Source: Pocillopora damicornis
Lineage: Eukaryota
Reading direction: 5' to 3'
DNA: 64,000 nucleotides
Assembly (NCBI RefSeq): GCF_003704095.1
Contig: NW_020846063.1
Coordinates: 124,001-188,000, forward strand
Notes under the pieces: model-generated
What the model was told of the DNA's origin: nothing
The model's input: the letters and a program-made list of their open reading frames with translations, nothing else
The model's database searches: none
Position numbers and translations under genes: made by a program
Part shown: piece by piece, positions 26,951 to 38,312 of the stretch
Layout: the number at the start of each line of letters is the position of its first letter
Numbering within the stretch: position 1 is the first letter of the stretch

Positions 26951-28789
26951 TCTCCTCCTGCAAGGTAATGTTGTTCATTCGCTCATCAAAATTACGTAAC
27001 GTTCTGATGTAGATTTCGCCCACCTTCCTTCAATTTTCCATGTAATACTGCCAAACATTATCCTGGGAAAGGTATGAAATTCTTATTCATTTAACATCTA
27101 TGTGTGACATTACGATTTTTCAGACAATTACCCTCCAACGCGTTATTTGCTAATGTTTATCTTTGTAAAGGGCTAACTTCTTCGAAACGGCAGATGTTTA
27201 AAATCCCCTTCGGCCACTTTGAAAATTGGCATATTTTTAATTTTTGTTCGCTCAAAAACTTCTAAAGATGTATAACCTTCGTTTTGAATAATATCATGTT
27301 CCTAAACGTTGCGCTGATGATAATTGCGTTTTTAGTAAGAAGACGACAATGTTAATGTGTTCCTAGATCCGGTGTGAGATGTATGCCAATAATGTATGAA
27401 AGATATTGCTTGAGCAAGAATGAAATTAAAAAGTTCGTTTCTGGGACCGATTATACCTTCCTAGCAAAGAAAATTATTTAATGTTAATAATAAAGCAGCC
27501 GCTGAAACATTTAGTGGGTGGCAGTACCGATGCTATTTGGTAAACATCTTCTAGCAACAGCAAGCAACAGCCTAGCAAACCCTTCCCTTCCGTTCCTCAT
27601 TTTTCCCGCTTTAAGTGGACAGTTTTAGATAAGAAATCTTGCGTGAGAGATGTACAAAGACATGCAAAATTTCACATTCAAAGTTCTCATGTTGTGTTTC
27701 AGTCCTGCATTTTAAAGCAATACTCCTAAACATTTGCATCGCATAAGTTACTGAATCATTCAATTCTGTGATAGATTACCTCACTCGCGTCGTCAACAAC
27801 CTAGTAGCTTCCACATGATTACTGAAAATTTCTGTCTCCGAGTGAAACTACAAGCTGACTTACCTTATAAATCCTGACTTAATGCTCCTTGTAAACCAGG
27901 CGGTGTATCGCTTATCAAAATATTCTGGAGTGCATTAAAAAGCTCTGTATCTTGGTCACTATCGACCTAGCTTCGCCTTTCTAGCTATTACAATTAACCC
28001 GCATTAAAGCACCCGTATTGGCACGACCTCGAACCTATTAGCAGCGATCGGTTTTGAATGGAATTAGTATCGATGAATCTTTTGACAACCTATAGCTAGC
28101 ATTCTGACATCTGTACGGTTTTGTGTGATGTAGATAGTTAGTCAGCAGGTGCGTTTTATTCATGCCTAAATTTTTTTAGCAATCTTTAACTCATAGTGCA
28201 TTTGGGGATGGGTTTATCTGTGTTTTGCGATGTTCTTTTGATGTGCAACCGGTTACACTGCAGCAGGTTGATTTTCGTCGATTTTACTACAGTGATAAAC
28301 TTCTGGGTGTTCAGTTTTAATTATCCTCGTAATTTCGGTGGGTGGAATACAGCATTGGTAGCAAATTTTGACCGGAATCGATCATTTCAAAGTACCTTCT
28401 AAATTTATTTGTTTTTTATTGTTTGGATTTGACCGTGTGAAATGACAAGTTAAACTGAAAAGCTTCAAACTATGCAATATCCAAAATCTCTTTGCTTTTT
28501 TGTTTGATCAGTATAATAACCTTTTACAGCCATCGAGATAAACAAGTTAAATATATCAATGTTGGCAGAGAGCCCGACTTTTTCAATTCTGCCTCCGTAC
28601 TTAAGCTACGAAAGGCTGTCTTCCAGCCTTGACCGCCGAAGGAGCGCAAAAATAAGAAATAAAAAGTATTGGCAGCGTGAAGAAAACTGAGACCGGAGAG
28701 AGAGACCATGTGTCTCTTCTTTGGTTTCATCCTGTTTTGCTGAAGGTCATAAGAAGGCTTTAGTTTGTAATTAAAACGTACAATGTTTG

Positions 28790-30394
28790 TTAGGGGTAAA
28801 TGTGAATATTCCCAATCCAGTGTTGTGTTGTGGAACTTTGACTAGAAGTACATCGGAAGTTTGGACTGACGGCGTTGTAAAGGCCAAAGTTTTGTTCATG
28901 GGGACTTGCACCTGCTTCACCGTTGAATTGGCATCCAGCACTTTTGGCGCTAACTGCACTGTTAATGTGCCATATCTCGTTCGGTGCTTGCCAAGTACCT
29001 ACTGTGCATCCCTGACAAGTAATGTTCCGTATGTTGATAAGTTCATATGTGCGACACTTGGCTATCCATACACCAAACAGATCATGTCCTTCCAGTTTTG
29101 CGCGTGCGTAGTCAGTATGAACGAGACCATCGGCTGGAAAGTTGCAAGTGGCTCTGAGATGGGTTGAAACATCAGCGATTGACTTCATATGAGCCAAAGA
29201 TAAGCGATAGGCATTCCAGTTTATGGTGCTCCCCTCTTCGTTTACAGGGCGGTCCACACTAAAGCCGCTTCTCTTAAACTGGTGGTTGTTTGCGAGCGAA
29301 TAGGACTGTATCAGCGTCCAAACATACCCAACCTCAGAGTTCAAGTCGCAGTAGACTCTAAAAATATTTTTCTGGGCATCGTACACATCAAACATTCCAG
29401 ACACGTTATGGCCATTTTTTGCAACTTCCATGCAATTGCGAGGATGCTTTATTTTCTCGCACCGCTGACCAGTGTAATTGGCAGGACAAGTGCAGTTGTA
29501 CCTCACTGTGGCAGGGTCACAAATCTCCTGACAGGTCCCTCCCTGGAGACAAGGATTGTCCTTGCAACATCTGTTAACACACTGGCCAGTTTTACTGGAC
29601 AAAGGTCTTCCTTTCTGATGAAAACAAATGAGAAAGTAGATATCAATGATAAGGTTCGCACGAGTATTGTACCGTGTTCGTTGAAAAATTAAATTTTTTT
29701 TTTATTCAGAATCCCTATTAAATACTGATAGATCACGACGATTAAGAACAGAACTTCTAGGTTTAATTAAGAGTCGCACGAGATCAACGCATAGCCTGTC
29801 TTTCTGTACAATAGTTAGTTAGTTACCTTTACTATGAAATTTTTTTGTCTATTTTCATGGAGCTAAAACCCACTCTAAGGAGAAGGCCCTTTAACAGTGA
29901 CAATAGGTTGAGAATGAGGTTTTTGGAACTCCGATGTGGCCCATTAAAACTTACGCGAAAATACAATAAATAATAATGAAAGAGGTTTTAAAAAATAAAT
30001 CCGCAAGGAGTAAGGGAGGTTCTTTTAGTTAGCTTGCACTTACATCAGACACGGAGTACTCCCTCACAAGATCGTAATACAATGCTCCATATTTGTATCT
30101 CAGTGCAGCTGGTTTCATGTACCTGTTCGCATCATTCATTTGACAGTTTTCTTGTGCAGTTTTATGTTCGTAGTTCATGGAGACACAACGACAGTCATTT
30201 ATGCACAGGATGTGACATTCAGGAATCGTGGTAACTGTTGCAACTTTAAACACGTGACCCTCTAGGGCGTGGTCGGCGACGAGGTTCTGTCTTATATGGA
30301 AACTGAATGTTCGGCAAATGTTATCAGCAGAAACGAACTCTTGTCTTAATATTGAGAGTAGTAAAATAAACTTAAACCATCGAGGAATCTCCAT
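28790..30394 (-). CDS. Secreted PAN/apple + EGF + fibrinogen/intelectin-like protein, ~391 aa; coding exons 30394-30044 and 29614-28790
   Basis: Signal peptide MEIPRWFKFILLLSILRQEFVSA; PAN pattern (ALEGHV...C...C...C.C.SMNY...C.MN); EGF CKDNPCLQGGTC...YNCTCPANYTGQRCE; FReD-like PRNC...SG...VYCDL...WTLIQ. Phase-0 GT-AG intron. The track's in-frame ATG at 30445 is an alternative start. Confidence 0.88.
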
Positions 30395-31255
30395 TCTACT
30401 TCTGTGAATTAAGCTTGAAATACTGAAAAAGATAAGTATAAACATTTTTCACATGGTCGCAAAGCCTCGCTTGAAGATGGTCAGAAAGATAAGTTCTCTT
30501 TTTCCAGGAGATTGTTGAATGAATGATATTCAATGAATGATATTCAATGCATTAAAATCAATTTAAGTTGTAAATAATCATTTCTTGAGTAAACTGTAAT
30601 CACCTTGTTTTCATGTTATCTTCAACCTCATTTACCGTAGGTTACTACTGGAGTCTGTTCTGATTTCTGAAATTTTAGTATCATACTGCCTTCTCGGAGT
30701 TCCACCCCGGTGAAAACCAATGAATTTACATCGACCATGTCCCGACTTCTTATTTATTTCACAATTATCATAAAGAATGTTTTATTTATTTCCGGCAATC
30801 AATCCAAGGCAGGTGGTGACATTCTGCGGCGATTAGAAGAATTCTGAGTGTTCAATGTAATACGCCACAACTCAAAACGTGTATTTAGATTGACTTATTA
30901 GGTTAGCGAAGATAACTTAGATATTGGCAACTGTCTGTTTTAATAAAAGAGAAATGTATGTTTTATTCAAAAAAAAAATATCTTGTTCAATAGCTAAAAA
31001 GTGAGTGTTCTAAAATATACGCAGTGAAAAATTCTAGTCATGAGAGAATTGACAGTCCGTATAATCTTAATTAAGGACAGTAGCCAGACTAAGGGTTGAC
31101 ACATTTATAATTACCGATTCAACTGTATGTAAAATTTTCAAATTTGTAATTGCATTTTCTCGGTTAAAGCAAAACGTGGGCCTGTGAAAATAAACTGTGT
31201 GATCTTGTAATTAGTGGCTATAATTTTCAGTAATTCCACACAGATAAATAAAGAC

Positions 31256-31561
31256 GAGGGTTTCAATGGGGTTAACCGTAAAACGGCCAAAAAATTAGCA
31301 GTTAAGCCTTAAAATTAACAAAATTTAACCGCAAGTCGTTAAAAAAGCAAACCGTAAAAAAATTTCTTCTAATCGTAACGGAAAAAAAGTTACGGTCAGA
31401 AATAAAATGGCCATAATTAGCCATAAACTGTAGTTGGTCGCGAGTCGTTAAAAAAACGTAAACCGCAAAAATCTTTCTTTTTTAAAATCGGGAATAAACT
31501 GACCGTTCGCAATAAAATTCTAATCGTTAGCCGTAAAGGTCATCACCTCATTGAGACCCTT
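31256..31561. mobile_element. MITE with ~15-bp TIRs and internal A(A/G)CCGTAA repeats
   Basis: AGGGTTTCAATGGGG ... CCTCATTGAGACCCT; many AACCGTAAAA/AGTCGTTAAAA units inside. Superfamily not assigned. Confidence 0.7.
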
Positions 31562-31909
31562 TAAGAGGAGTTTGTTGATTCGAGTGACATGTTGCAAACT
31601 CAAGTCTCATTAACAATGAAAAGCGGCCCAATGTGAAGAAAATAGATTGAGGCCTTGAGCATTGAAAGACTCGGAATAAAGAAGAAATACATTCGCTCTA
31701 GCCCTAAATTTTGCAATGTAATTATCCATTAACGTTCCACTGAGGGACAACTTCGAACGTTTACCTAATAACATTGCCTCTACTTACTTTTGTTCTTCTA
31801 AGAATGTATTCAGCTCCTGGAAAAGATTTGGAAAAGATCAAAAAGGGAAAAGAAAGAAGTATGGGCCCGGGCGCTCTAGAAAATTTTTTCATTATCGAGA
31901 AAGGTGTTT

Positions 31910-32045
31910 TTTTTTTTGGGTCTTGTCACGAACGTGGGACAAAGAAAAAAGCCTGAGTCCCCATGGAGTCGAAACTTAGACCTTCGGATTCCGCGCTCCG
32001 ATGCTCTAACCACTGAGCCATGGAGACTTTACGGTGAGCGAAGTT
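31910..32045 (-). mobile_element. tRNA-derived SINE-like repeat (more decayed copy at ~2035-2150)
   Basis: Minus strand TGGCTCAGTGGTTAGAGCATCGGAGCGCGGAATCCGAAGGTCTAAGTTTCGACTCC carries A and B boxes but no proper acceptor stem. Confidence 0.65.
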
Positions 32046-33214
32046 GCGAAAAAACTTTCCATTATTTCCGTGAGACAAACGCAACCGGTTATTTTTTTCC
32101 CGGCTAATTTTTATTTTCAAAGGCGCCGTCTTCTTGCCTCGAAGCAGGTCATAAATTACTGAAAACAGATTTTGCAATTTACAAGCCACGATTTGAATAA
32201 AAACGTCAATCATGAAATTCGATCTCGCTATTAAAATGTGAATCTTCTAGGAAGAGGCCCGCCAAAATGTTTCATTTTACGCGGGAATCAAACGATGAAG
32301 GTAAAAGATTCCTACCTCAGGATGCTACACGCACGATAATCAGTAATGAGGTTAGCCAGAATACAGCTCCCAAGTGTTCGTTCGGCTGCATCTCCGGATC
32401 TTAGTACTTTTAAATTTGCGCATCCATGTGATTGACACTTTGTGGTTAACAACTATTTTCCCGTCTTTCAATACACCTAAAAATGACAATTTGAAAATTT
32501 GGCGTAAACAAATTTTATCGAAATTGTTGGAAGAACCTAACAAATTTTGTCAGCACGGTGCCCCCGCGCTTTGTGTCTATGCCCTTTATAATTAGGATCG
32601 TGCTGATGAAAATGAAACAGCTGTCATTTAGCACTGCTAATACTGAATTATGTTACGGAGAATTGTTGAAACGTTTAGAAAATCCGAAGTTTCATTTTCG
32701 GGTACTTTTATAGCGTAAATCTTCACATTCTTTTGGTAAGAATACCGTGAATTCAGCGCGCAATTATTCTCCACTAGAATCTGCTTTCAACTCAAATTGA
32801 GTAACTTTTAACTTACTCACCTGCTGCTGATGAATTGAGAGCAGATTAGACGTGAATTAGTCGGAGCTTATCTGCAACTCCAGTGCGGCTGCCACCTGTC
32901 AGTCTTCCCTTAGAATTACCAACCCAGTTTTGAAATTAAGCTAAACAATATACATCACAACGAACTTTAATTACATTGAAAATACTGCATGCAAGCATCT
33001 TTCTTTTCATCTAGGCGATTCGAAACTAGATACTGTTTTCAGAAAACTTTGTCTTTGAACTCACTCAAAAGTCTTTGAGTGCGTTCTGAAATACTTTTCA
33101 AATCTTTACTTTTTAAGATGATTTCGGGCATGTTGCCAAATGAATTAGCATTTTTCCTTTCTACTCTTCTCCTCTCTAATCTTTCAGTATTCACTAAGTT
33201 ACAATATTGTTAGT

Positions 33215-33410
33215 TATCTTGCTTTACTTCGCTCTGTGATTGGTCGAAAAAACTCGTGCCACCAACACAACCAATCAAATGCAAAACTAAAACCATTTCC
33301 AACCTGCTCACTCGCGTTTTCCCGCGCTTCAAGCCGGTTTCCTGTTTTTACTTCGATTCCTTATTAATTAGTAATGGTGCAAACCTTTTTTATGATTGGT
33401 AGTTGAGTCA
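33215..33410. repeat. Interspersed repeat (related fragment at ~7880-7990)
   Basis: Shared TTGCTTTACTTCGCT start and a shared CCGC..TTCAAG...TT block. Confidence 0.5.
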
Positions 33411-34028
33411 ACTTCATGCGACAGCCAAAACAGGGTGCACCAAGGAAGTGTGCTGAGTGACGACCTGGGGTAGCACAAATTACTCAAAAAGTACATCACA
33501 TTCTCAGGGAACGTTTTATTTTATTTATAATCAATACTAACCGGCACACTACTCGCTTAGTAATTTGTAGACTGAATACAGACTATTGCATCCATCACTA
33601 GTGTCCTGCATATATGATTCTACAACTGGTTTAAACTAAACAAATAATATTAATATTCTCTATTCAGTTTTAAGTCTTATCCTCTTTTCAAGTAAAGCTT
33701 GAATTATATGATGATATAATTTTTTTTTCATCACCTAACAATACACCATGTAAGTCGACACACTATCCACTTCTTTTCTCTGTGCTCTAACTCAGAACTT
33801 TAATTTCTGTTACAAAGCTCTTTATTTAAAATTCATCAATGTATCTGCTCTGAATTGGATGGGTGCATTTAAGAGACGTAAGGTCTGTCAAGTGAAGGCT
33901 ATTGTTTGACTACTGTGTACCATTATTTTCTGTTGACGAACGAGCCAGTGTCGACTGGCTTATAACGCTGAAAACTGAATTCCCATTTATGACAGCAAAC
34001 TGTAACTTCACCTTTGTGGCTTCGCCAA

Positions 34029-34964
34029 TTAATCTGACTTACAACAATACTGTTTCATTAAATCCTTCACTGCTTGCCTTATTCCGTTCATCTTCCAGCA
34101 ATATAGGAACGGGTTCAGACTCGAATTTAAGAACACAAGAGATGTCGTACATCTTATACCAAGTGTTATAGACACTGCACTGAGAGAGAAAAGAGCCCCA
34201 AAAAGACCCACTAATGATCGGGGAAGATAACAAGCGACTAACGTTATCTGGACCCAGGCCCCTGCAGAAACAGTCCTACGATATCTGGCTACATTCAGTG
34301 GAATTCCGGGTCCAGCTGGCTGCTCTACGTGGCCTTGTATTTGAGCTTGATTATGGCGGAGACGAAGTAAGATCCTCGTGTAACAATAAGCTGAAATTAT
34401 CAAGCAAGTCAGAGTGACCATAGTAATGACATATCCAGTAATTATGAAACCCAAAATAGGCCAGAAGGCATCAATAAATGCACAAATTACACCTAATAGC
34501 CAAATAAAGCTTACAGCTACACCAACTCGCATCAGTGTTACAACATGTCTGTACCGCAGGCCCAGCAACAGAGCGAGAAGTCTGTCCACACTTATGGCGG
34601 TTACTATCACGCCAGAAACTAAGCTAAAAACCAAACTTATCTCATCCACCCACTTGCCAAGGAGGGTGCACAGATGTGGCCGTTCGTTTATATCCAAAAG
34701 CAACTGGGTGGCAAACAGAGGCTGAGAAACGAAGCCAACAATGAGATCAGTGATGGCAAGGCAACGATACAACAGTTTTGATGGCGGATGAAGGGAAGAA
34801 TTTTTGTGGAGGGCAACGAGGATAACGAAGTTTCCCAGTGATGCAACGACGGACAGAATGATGTTGAATGCTACGAGAAATACAACATTGTACGTCCCAT
34901 GTACATTGGAGCAATAAAGTGTCGTAGTTGGCTGGCGGTGTTCACTTTCAGTCATGTTCACCAT
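34029..34964 (-). CDS. Class A orphan GPCR (melanocortin/adenosine-receptor-like family), 311 aa
   Basis: Intact ORF with GN, LHPPSK, LAITD, SVDRLLAL, CYLP and NSSLNPFLYCWK; same length as its paralogue 26015-26950. Confidence 0.93.
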   Translation of the reverse strand: MVNMTESEHRQPTTTLYCSNVHGTYNVVFLVAFNIILSVVASLGNFVILVALHKNSSLHPPSKLLYRCLAITDLIVGFVSQPLFATQLLLDINERPHLCTLLGKWVDEISLVFSLVSGVIVTAISVDRLLALLLGLRYRHVVTLMRVGVAVSFIWLLGVICAFIDAFWPILGFIITGYVITMVTLTCLIISAYCYTRILLRLRHNQAQIQGHVEQPAGPGIPLNVARYRRTVSAGAWVQITLVACYLPRSLVGLFGALFSLSAVSITLGIRCTTSLVFLNSSLNPFLYCWKMNGIRQAVKDLMKQYCCKSD

Positions 34965-35174
34965 TTTTCTTGTTTCCTTAAAATTGTTTCAATAAAAATT
35001 TGGTGAGTGTGGTTTATCAGAAAGTCTCTCAAATCTGATAAATCTTATGAAGGAGAGTGATTGCTACTGAAATGGACTCTAGATCCAAGATCCTGGATGA
35101 TAAAATTGGGCAAGTGTGGCTCATTAGAAAGTCTAACAAATCTGATGTATTATGTATCTTACATATAGGAATGG

Positions 35175-35390
35175 TTGCTTCTGGAATGGACTCTAGATCA
35201 CAAGGTCCCAGATGAAGCCCTGGACGGGTCATTGAGATTTTTTCGGAAAAGACTCAACTCTGGTAGTACTTCTCACTATCCAGAATTATAAATGGATTCC
35301 CGTGAACTTCAGATAAACCTGACAAAATGCTGATTGGTAACCTTGCAATGGATTAACTTCCCATCCCGGGAAAAGGGGAAAATACGATTT
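35175..35390 (+). mobile_element. Decayed tRNA-headed SINE (CORE-SINE-like)
   Basis: GGACTCTAGATC...GAAGCCCTGGACGGGTCATTG...AAGACTCAACTCT...TATAAATGG...AAAATGCTG...GGTAACCTTGCAATGGATTAACTTCCCATCC resembles the common cnidarian SINE body (recognised by eye). Confidence 0.55.
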
Positions 35391-37654
35391 CTACGTTATT
35401 AACGTCACAAAAAAACCCCATAAAGTAGGGATAACGAGTACGTGCTCACCGCTTCATAATGGTTCGTAGTTTATTGACATTAAATTCGCTACTGTCTTGT
35501 CATTAATATTCTCCAGTTTCTTTTTGCTGAATAAATTACATAAATCAATATATTATAACTTGAATCCTTGATGAATTTCCTTACCTTCACTGGATATCTT
35601 TGAGACCACCGTAAGTGATAATTTCGAAGCAACTTAAAAGGGTCGATTTTACATGATACAAAGTGACCGGTGGAAACATAATTTTGAAGCCAATACAACC
35701 AATTGAAATTAGGAAACTAAGTTAATCATCGAAAACAATTTTTTCGATAACACTTCATGCTATTTTTGTTTATCACTTTTTGAAAATATCAGCCAGCTGC
35801 AGCCATTAATTAGGACAAAAAAGGTTTTATACAATCCGTTTTGGAAACATGTTTTGTTCTGGTCCAATTCGGTCTGCTTGAAACATTTCTGATCACTTTT
35901 AGTTGTGGTCATTTTTATCATTTCCCTCTCTGACACTTGCTTTACTAGATTAAGGTGTTAAAACTTTCCTCGTCACGAAAGTTCTTTTTTTCGTAACAAA
36001 TTCACAGAAGACGAAAATTTCAAGAATCGAATCAAAGAACTCGTTGATCTTACTTTTCTTAATAGCATGCATTTTACTAGATTCAAACAGCGATTGATTG
36101 TTTTGACTCTTTTTTTCTCGCCAGTTTAGCCAACCACACACATCTAATGAAGAGGATCTAGAGCACCTAACAGGATTTACCTCTTTTTTCAACTCATGGT
36201 GTTTCTAAACAGTCATTCTTAGCCATAAAGAAGACAACACTGAAGCAATGCGCTTATACTCGAATCTAGGATCCACTTCCTTCGAGATTTGACTGACTGC
36301 ATTTGACAATGAAATTTTAACTGTCTACCATTGTGTACGTTCAATATTATTTCAGATACACACTGGTTTAAAAATATCTATCGTTGTATAAATTCGTTAA
36401 TCAAGTCTTAAAAAAGGGGAAAAACACGCACACATCTTTTACCNNNNNNNNNNNNNNNNNNNNNNNNNNNNNNNNNNNNNNNNNNNNNNNNNNNNNNNNN
36501 NNNNNNNNNNNNNNNNNNNNNNNNNNNNNNNNNNNNNNNNNNNNNNNNNNNNNNNNNNNNNNNNNNNNNNNNGATCATTCCAATCCTATATTAAATAAAC
36601 CCCATCGATTAATCTCAATGTAACTGATCTAATTGGAAGAATAGTACCTGATCTGTGCTTGTCTGTTCCAGTATTTGACATAAACGTTTCTTTTCTTCGT
36701 GTTGCGATCAAGAGCTGACCTAATAAAGAGGTGAATAAACTTCTGCTGATCATATTTACTTGGAGCAACATTATAATTTATAGTATTTAGCGGAACAAAA
36801 CTGGAACAAATAAGGTCAAATATCAATACCCTTTTACCACTTTTATGTTTGTAACAGATTATAAAACCAGAACCTGGTTTCCTGTTATATTTTTAATTTC
36901 TGTAAAAAGAACAGAGTTGTCATTCAGAGGATAACTTTTTTACTCCTCTAAAAAAAATTACTGAGAGCGCTGAATGCCAACAAACTTCGGTTTTAGTTAA
37001 GAGAGGCATAGAAAAATTTCCTTTTCTAGCAGCCAATGTTTGATGAAACAATACAACAATGGAATTACCGCGTCTTGCTTTGATAATAGCCTAGCACAAA
37101 TTTCCTTTCATCTTCAGTTACAGAGATGCCTTTTCCTTAATGCGATGAGTTACCATAGCGACACTACAGTCTCTTAGAAACGCACTTAAATCATTTTTGG
37201 CTTTTCAAGTCCATACCTCCAAATAAAATTCTGTTTCCCCGAAAAAAATCTATTTTGCTCCAGCAAAACATAAAAAGTCATACTTCTATAATTCTTTTTT
37301 CCTTGAAAATATGTGTCGTAGGTTCTGAGCAATATTCAAGTTTGAAATTATGGATTTGTCCTGTTTTTTCAGGAAACAAATAAAAAAGGGTAATCAAATA
37401 ATCTTAGAGTGCCTGCAAAGATGAAAACAACTATAAAACTCATTTGGGCCACCTAGATACGTTTAGGCCTTCCTTCCTTCCTCATCTCCAAACAATAATT
37501 TTATCAATAATTGACTGATATTTCTATTACCGGCTTTTCCTTTGTAACCTTTACACTCAGTCGATCGCCGCCACGCGGGAAAAATTTACATCGGCCATCT
37601 GTTCACATCGGCCAGTTCTCTAAAACCACTGAATTACCAGCTTAACATCATATG

Positions 37655-37835
37655 AATAAAGAGGGTAGCTTTCTGAAAAAAGTTGTGTTGCTGCATAGAA
37701 GGAGGGCATAACGAGATAATTTAATTAGTTTTATGAACTGAGTTGATAATGTTAATTCAGTAAGCCACCGCAGAGAGCTTCTAGAAATCCTCTTCGGTGG
37801 CGAATTGACATTATTAACTCAGTTGATAACGTCAA
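37655..37835. mobile_element. Internally deleted palindromic Penelope-type repeat
   Basis: AACTGAGTTGATAATGTTAATTC...GCCACCG is mirrored by CGGTGGCGAATTGACATTATTAACTCAGTT; same family as 44012-44305. Confidence 0.7.
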
Positions 37836-38312
37836 ATCAACATCATAGGTTTCATCAATAAGTAAGAGATCGGTTTAGAGGAGCTGAAATAATTGGCAGA
37901 TGTATGCAATGGAAACATTCTTCGTGAAGCTTTTCTTTCTGCTCCGGCAATCAACTCCATGAAAAGACGTGTCTATTCTGAATATATACAGAAAACAGAG
38001 AATTTAAGAAACAGTCAAAGATTTGTCAAATTATCGTCATAGCGCTCAGTCAAAATTTTCAGAACACTCATTACTATGCATATCGCGTATTTCATTATTA
38101 ATTTTTACTCGTATGAAATCTTAGATGCCGCATATGAACATTTTAAAATAGCGTGCTGAACACGTCGTACAGAACGAAAATCATTTTGTACATCCATCTC
38201 TTAACCATTTATATTTCTCGGTAGAAAATACACTTGTTCCTTTAGGTATTGCTTACAAACTATAATCCGTCTTAGTACCACTTTAGATAATAATAATTTT
38301 AACTTCAAGTTT

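Noticed and set aside
31270-31540. CRISPR-like spaced short repeats
   Set aside because: The units are short, irregular and enclosed by TIRs in a eukaryotic context with no cas genes; this is MITE internal repetition.
31960-32030. Possible tRNA genes here and at 12200-12270
   Set aside because: A/B boxes are present but there is no complete cloverleaf or acceptor stem, and both sit in repeat bodies, so they are SINE-like.
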